Below are positions 58,201 through 64,000 of a DNA stretch of 64,000 bases, one piece after another. Every line of letters begins with the position of its first letter. Within the stretch, counting starts at the first letter, position 1. This DNA is from the human T2T-CHM13v2.0 reference genome, Homo sapiens. The DNA is taken from NCBI RefSeq assembly GCF_009914755.1, contig NC_060946.1; one strand, written 5' to 3'. The notes under the pieces were generated by a model, which had not been told where the DNA came from, did not search any database, and worked only from the letters and a program-made list of their open reading frames with translations. Both the position numbers and the translations under genes were made by a program.

Positions 58201-61200
58201 GAATGGCATCTAATGGAATCTAATGGAATACGGTGAAGTGGAGTGGAGAAGATTCGAATGGGGTGGAATGGAATGGGGTGGAACGGAATTGAATGGATAG
58301 GAGTGGAGTGGAGAGGTGGAGAGGAGTGGAATGCAATGGAATGGAATGGAATGGATTGGAGTAGAATGTATTGGAGTGACGTGGAATGGAGTGGAGTGGA
58401 GAGCAACGGAGTGGAGAGGAATGGAGTGTAGTGGAGTGGATTGGAATAGAAAGGAATGGAGTGGAATGGAATGGAGTGAAGTTCAGTGGTGTGGAATGGA
58501 GTAGAATGGAAAAGAATGGAAAGGAAAGGAATGGAACGGAGTGAAGTGGAGTGGAATGGAATGCAACAGAATGGAATGGAATGGAATGGAATGGAATGGA
58601 ATGGAATGGAATGGAATGGAATGGAGTGGAATGGAATGGAATGGACTCAAGTGGAATGGACTAGAATGGAATGGAATGGAATGGAATGGAATGGTATGGA
58701 ATGGAATGGAATGGACTCAAGTGGAATGGACTAGAATGGAATGGAATGGAATGGAATGGACTCAAATGAAGTGGACTTGAATGGACGGGAATCGAATGGA
58801 ATGGAATCAATTGGAGTAGAATGAAATTGAATGGAATCGAGTGGAATTCGGTGAAGAAGAGTGGAGTGGAGTGGGATAGAGTGGAGTGGAATGGAATAGA
58901 ATGGAGTTGATTGGAGTGGAGGGGAATGGAGTGGAATGGAAACAAATGAGAAGGATTGGAATTGAACAGAGTGGATTGGAGTGGAGTGGGGTGGAATGCA
59001 TGGGAATGGAATGGAATGGAGTGAACAGAAGTGTAGTGAAGTGGAGTGGAGATGAATGCAATGGAATGGTATGGAATACAAAGGAATGCAATGAAATGGA
59101 ACTGAACAGAGTGGATTGGAGTGGAATGGAATGCATGAGAATGGAATGGAATGGAGTAGAGAGTAGTGTAGTGATGTGGAGTGGAGTTGAATGCAATGGA
59201 ATGGAATACAATGGAATGGACTCAAGTGGAATGGACTAGAATGGAATGGACTCGATTGGAATGGATGAAAATGGAATGGACTTGAATGCAATGGAATCGA
59301 ATATAAAAGAATGAAATGGAATGGATTGCAATGGAATGGAATGAAAAGGAATCGAATGGAATGGACTCGAATAGAAAGGACAGGAATGGAATGGAATCGA
59401 ATGTAACGGACTGCAATGGAATGGAAGCAAAAGGAATGGAATCAAATGGAATGGAGTGGAAGAGAATGGAGTTGAATTGAATGTAATGGAATGGCATTGA
59501 ATAGAATCAAATAGAATGCGGAGAAGTGGAGTGTAGTGGAGGGGATTGGAGTGGAAAGGAATGGGGTGGAGTGAAATGCAATGGAGTGAAATGGAATGGC
59601 ATAGGAAGGAATGGAACTGAACGTAGTGGAGTGGTCTGGAGTGGAGCGGAAAGGACTGGAATGGAGTGGACAGGACTGGACTGGAATGGAATGGAATGGA
59701 ATGAAATCGAGTGGAATGGACTTGAGTGGAATGTAACTGAATGGAGCGGAATCGAATGGAGTAGAATGGAATCGAATGAAATTGAATGGAATTTGGTGGA
59801 GTAAAGTGGAGTGGAGTGGAATAGAGTGGAATGGAAAGGGGTGGAATGTAATAGAATGTAGTGGACTGGAGTGGAGGGGAAAGGAGTGGAATGGAATGGA
59901 AAGACAAGGAATGGAATTGAACAGAGTGGAGTGGAGTGGATTAGAATGCAATGGAATGGAGTGCAATGGAGTGGAGAGGAGTGCAGTGACGTGAAGTGGA
60001 ATTGAATGCTATGGAATGGAATGGAATGGAATGCAATGGAATGGACTAGAATCGAATGGACTAGAAAGGAATGGACATGAATGGAATGGAATCGAATATA
60101 ATGGAATGAAATGGAATTGAATGGAAGGGAATTTAATGAAATGGACTCGAATTGAATGGACTTGAATAGAATGGACCGAAATGGAATGAACTCGAATGGA
60201 ATGGAATTGAATGGAATGGAATCGAATGGAATGGACAGGTAATAAATGGATTCGAATGAAATGTACTCGAATGGAATGCACTGGAATGGAATGGAATGGA
60301 ATGGACTCCAGTGGAATTGATTCGAATGGAATCAATTGGAATCGAATGGAAAGCGATGAAATGGAGTGGACTGGAGTGGAAAGGAGAGGAATGCAATGGG
60401 ATGGAATGGAATTGAATGGAGTTAAGAGTAGTGGAGTGGAATGGAGTGGAATGGAATGGAATGGGAAGGAATGGAATTGAACGGATTGGAGTGGAGTGGA
60501 ATGGAGTGTATTTGAATGGAGTGGAGTGGAATGGAATGGAGTGGAATGGAGTGGGGTGGAGTGGAATGGAATGGAATGGAGTGGAATGCAATGGAATGGA
60601 ATGGAATGCAGTGGGGTAGAATTTAATGAAATGCAGTGCTATGGGATATAATGGAGTTGAGTTTAATGGAGTGGAGTGGAATGGAGTGGAATGGTGTGGA
60701 GTGGAGTGGATTGGAATAGAGTGTAGTGGAATTTAGTGGAGTAGAATGGAATGGAGTGGACTGAAATGGGGTGGAGTGGAAAGGAATGGAATGGAATGGA
60801 ATGGAATGCAGTGGGGTAGAATGTAATGTAATGTAGTGTGGTGGAATGGATTGTAGTGGAATGCAGTGGAATGGAATGGAATTAAGTTGAGTGGAGTGGA
60901 TTGGAATGGAGCGGAGTGGAGTGCAGAGGAGTGGAGTGGAAAGTAATGGAATGGAATGGGATGTAATGGAATGGAATGGAATGGAGTGAAGTGGCATGGA
61001 GTGGAATGCAGTGGAGTGGATTGGAATGGAGTGGAATGGAATGGGATGGATTGTGTGGAATAGAGTGGAATGGAATGTAGTGGAGTGGAGTGGAATGAAG
61101 TGGAGTGGAGTTTATTGGAGTTGAGTGGAGTGGAGTGGAATGAAATGGAATGGAATGTAGTGGAGTTGAATGGAGTAGAGTGGATTGTAATGGAATGCAA

Positions 61201-61350
61201 TGGAATGAATTGGAAATGAATGGACTGGAATGCAATGGAATGGAGTGTACTGCATTGGAATGGAGTTTAGTGGAATGTAATGACATGGAATGGAGTGGGT
61301 TGGAGTTTAGTGGAATGGAGTGGAGTGGAGTGAAGTGTAATGGAATCGAT

Positions 61351-62269
61351 TGGAATGGAATGGAGTGGAATTGATTGGAGTGGAGTGAAGCGGAATAGAG
61401 TGGAATAGAATGGAGTGTAATGGAATGGAATGGAGTGGAGTGGAATGGAGTGGAATGGAATGGAGTGGAGTGGAATGGAATGGAGTCAGATGGAGTGGTA
61501 TGGAGTGGAGAGGAATGGAGTGGTGCAGATTGTAGTGTAGTGGAGTGGAGTGGTATGGAGTGGAGGACAGTGGAATGGAGTGGAATGGAATGGAATGGAG
61601 TAGAGTGGAGTTGAGAGGAATGGATTGGAACTGAATAGAATGGAATGGAATGGAGTGGAGTGGAGCGGCATGGATTGGAATGGGGTGGAGTGGAGTAGAA
61701 TGGGGTGGAGTTGAGTGGAATGGAGTGGAGTGGAGTGTAATGGAGGGGAGTGGAATGGAATGGAATGGAGTGGAGTGGAGTGGAATGGAGTGAAGTGCAA
61801 TGGAATGGAATGGAGTGGAATTGATTGGAGTGGAGTGAAGCGGAATAGAGTGGAATAGAATGGAGTGGAATGGAATGGAATGGAGTGGAGTGGAATGGAG
61901 TGGAATGGAATGGAGTGGAGTGGAATGGAATGGAGTCAGATGGAGTGGTATGGAGTGGAGAGGAATGGAGTGGTGCAGATTGTAGTGTAGTGGAGTGGAG
62001 TGGTATGGAGTGGAGGGCAGTGGAATGGAGTGGAATGGAATGGAATGGAGTAGAGTGGAGTTGAGAGGAATGGATTGGAACTGAATAGAATGGAATGGAA
62101 TGGAGTGGAGTGAAGCGGCATGGAGTGGAATGGGGTGGAGTGGAGTAGAATGGGGTGGAGTTGAGTGGAATGGAGTGGAGTGGAGTGTAATGGAGGGGAG
62201 TGGAATGGAATGGAATGGAGTGGAGTGGAGTGGAATGGAGTGAAGTGCAATGGAATGGAATGGAGTGGA
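61351..62269 (+). repeat. 450-bp tandem duplication, ~99% identical
   Basis: TGGAGTCAGA at 61481/61931 and TTGATTGGAG at 61371/61821. I counted four substitutions by eye. Confidence 0.94.
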
Positions 62270-63000
62270 GTGGAGTGGAGTGGAATGGAATGAAGTGGAG
62301 TGGAGTGGAGTGCAGTGGATTGGAGTGGAGTGGAGTGGAATGGATTGGAGTGGAGTGGAGTGGAATGAGTGGAATGGAATGGAATGGAATGGAATGAAAT
62401 GGAATTTAATGGAATGGAATAGAATGGAATGGAGTGAAATGGAGTGGAATGGAGTGGAATGGAATGGAATGGAATGGAGTGGAATGGAATGGAATGGAGT
62501 GGAGTGGAATGGAACGGAAGGTAGTGGTGTGAAATGGAAATGAGTTGAGTGTAATGGATTGGAGTGGAATGGAGTGGAGTGGAATGGAGTGGAATTTTGT
62601 GGAGTGGGGTGAAATGGAATGGAATGGAGTGGTGTGCAATGGAGTTGAATGTTGTGGAGTGGTGTGAAATGGAATGGACTGGAGTGGAATGGAATGGAGT
62701 GGAATGGAATGGAGTGTGGTGGAATGGTTTGCAGTGGAATGGAATTGAATGGAATGGAGTGGAATGCAGTGGAGTGTAATGGAATGGAATGGAGTCTAGT
62801 GGAATGGTTTGGAGTGGAATGGACTGGAATGGAATGGAATGGAGTGGAATGGAGTGAAGTGGAGCAGAGCAGAGTGGAGCAGATTGGAATGGAATGGAAT
62901 AGAATGGAATGGAATCGAATGGAGTGGAGTGGAGCAGAGTGGAGCAGAGTGGATCGGAATGGAATGGAATGGAATGGAATGGAGTGGAGTGGATTGGAAT

Positions 63001-63300
63001 GGAACGGAATGGAGTGGAGTGGAATGGAATGGAACGGAATGGAGTGGAGTGGAATGGAATGGAACGGAATGGAGTGGAGTGGAATGGAATGGAACGGAAT
63101 GGAGTGGAGTGGAATGGAATGGAACGGAATGGAGTGGAGTGGAATGGAATGGAACGGAATGGAGTGGAGTGGAATGGAATGGAACGGAATGGAGTGGAGT
63201 GGAATGGAATGGAACGGAATGGAGTGGAGTGGAATGGAATGGAACGGAATGGAGTGGAGTGGAATGGAATGGAACGGAATGGAGTGGAGTGGAATGGAAT
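63001..63300 (+). repeat. Perfect 30-bp minisatellite (GGAACGGAATGGAGTGGAGTGGAATGGAAT) x10
   Basis: Five consecutive identical 60-nt lines, each holding two copies. Confidence 0.97.
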
Positions 63301-63496
63301 GGAATGGAATGGAATGGAATGGAGTGTAATGGAGTGAAGCGGAGCAGAGCAGAGTGGAGAAGAGTGGAATGGCATGGAATAGAATGGACTGGAGTTGAGT
63401 CGAATGGAATGGAGTGTAGTGGAATGGAGTGTAGTGGAATTGAATGGAGTGGAATGGGATGGGTTGCAGTGGAATGGAACGGAATGGAATGGAATG

Positions 63497-63562
63497 AAGA
63501 ATTTTCTCAGAATTCTTCTATTTTTTATATGAAGATATTTCCTTTTCCACCATACACGTCAA
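63497..63562 (-). repeat. Alpha-satellite monomer fragment (A-type, no CENP-B box)
   Basis: AAGAATTTTCTCAGAATTCTTCT-ATTTTTTATATGAAGATATTTCCTTTTCCACCATACACGTCAA matches the reverse complement of the alphoid consensus (AAGAAGTTTCTGAGAATGCTTCTGTCTAGTTTTTATGTGAAGATATTTCCTTTTCCACCATAGGCCTCAA) with a ~4-bp deletion. TTCCTTTTCCACCATA is the A/pJalpha-type box. Confidence 0.88.
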
Positions 63563-63646
63563 CTCCCATAGGGATGTTGTATAAGACTCCAAGCCTTATG
63601 TCAGTGATCTCAACCCTGTGGATCAGCACTCTCCATGAAATGGGAG

Positions 63647-64000
63647 ATTTTAACACATTTTCTGCTGCTATAACAGAATATCATATACTAGGGAATCTAT
63701 AAAGAAAATAAATTTATTTCTTAGAGTTCTGGAGGCTAGGAAGTCCAAGGATTAGGGTGTCTGCATCTGGTGAGGTCCTTCTTGCTGTGTCATCTCATGG
63801 CTGAAGGCAGCAGAGTAAGACTTTGAGAAAGAAAGAGAGCAAAAGCGGCTGAACTTGCTTTTAATACAAGCGCACTCCCAAGATAACTAACCCACCCCCC
63901 AGATAACTAACCTATTCCTGAGATAGTGACATTTATCCATTCATGTTGGCAGAATCTCATAACCCAGTCACTCTTATTAGGCCCCACCTCTGAACACTGT
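63647..64000 (-). mobile_element. ERVL-MaLR LTR of the MST family (MSTB/MSTC-like), truncated by the window end
   Basis: Diagnostic blocks are TTTTCTGCTGCTATAACAGAATA, GTTCTGGAGGCT-GGAAGTCCAAG, GCATCTGGTGAGG-CCTTCTTGCTG, GATAACTAACCCAC, ATCCATTCATG and TTATTAGGCCCCACCTC. A minus-strand AATAAA lies at 63713-63718. The subfamily comes from recalled consensus and is not certain. Confidence 0.9.

Larger units (their letters stand above)
1..63496 (+). repeat. HSat3-type (GGAAT)n satellite array, diverged and GGAGT-rich; left end lies outside the window
   Basis: Continuous 5-bp periodicity of GGAAT/GGAGT/GGACT/TCGAA/TTGAA pentamers, with a very C-poor + strand. I saw no ATTCC-oriented block and no regular CATTCGATTC/GATGATT pattern of HSat2. 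Pure (GGAAT)n runs reach only about a dozen copies (e.g. 42733-42792). Confidence 0.96.

Noticed and set aside
63001-63300. 30-bp repeats resembling a CRISPR array in unit length
   Set aside because: The copies are head-to-tail with no spacers, there are no cas genes, and the context is eukaryotic satellite.
1-63375. Hundreds of ORFs up to 589 aa (MEWNG/VEWSG repeats on +, IPFHS/TPLHS repeats on -)
   Set aside because: (GGAAT)n and (ATTCC)n contain no stop codon in any frame, so long overlapping ORFs arise in all six frames. They show no domain content or gene structure. The WNGME pentapeptide matches the SCA31 (UGGAA)n translation product, but nothing here indicates translation.
1-63496. 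HSat2, telomeric repeat or strand-inversion assignment
   Set aside because: I saw no GATGATTCC/CATTCGATTC periodicity, no TTAGGG tracts and no switch to ATTCC on the + strand.
63539-63556. Possible CENP-B box in the alphoid fragment
   Set aside because: The sequence is the A-type TTCCTTTTCCACCATA and lacks the two CpGs of the CENP-B box (CCCGTTTCCAACGAA).
62809-63702. 297-aa ORF with a non-repetitive C-terminus
   Set aside because: It is satellite read-through into the alphoid remnant, spacer and antisense LTR sequence, so it is a chance fusion.
1-64000. Assignment to a specific chromosome or HSat3 subfamily
   Set aside because: This cannot be supported by eye. It needs k-mer classification or alignment of the 36.5-kb and 63.5-64-kb anchors to T2T assemblies.

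Overview
This window is primate (human or great-ape type) pericentromeric or acrocentric heterochromatin, not a gene-bearing region. Bases 1 to ~63,496 are one continuous, single-orientation, highly diverged Human Satellite 3 (HSat3)-type array built from GGAAT and its variants (GGAGT, TCGAA, GGACT), with GGAAT on the + strand throughout. The array has visible internal structure: a recurring few-hundred-bp cassette, several kb-scale domains with their own diverged higher-order repeats, many young tandem duplications whose periods are all multiples of 5, and one decayed Alu 3'-end fragment at ~36.5 kb. The array ends abruptly in a ~66-bp alpha-satellite remnant, followed by ~84 bp of unassigned sequence and an MST-family (MaLR) LTR that runs off the window. 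All supplied ORFs are artefacts of the stop-free pentamer. I found no evidence for a new gene-encoded biological system; the points of interest are satellite architecture and speculative regulatory features. Coordinates and identities were read by eye, and chromosome and subfamily cannot be assigned without a search.
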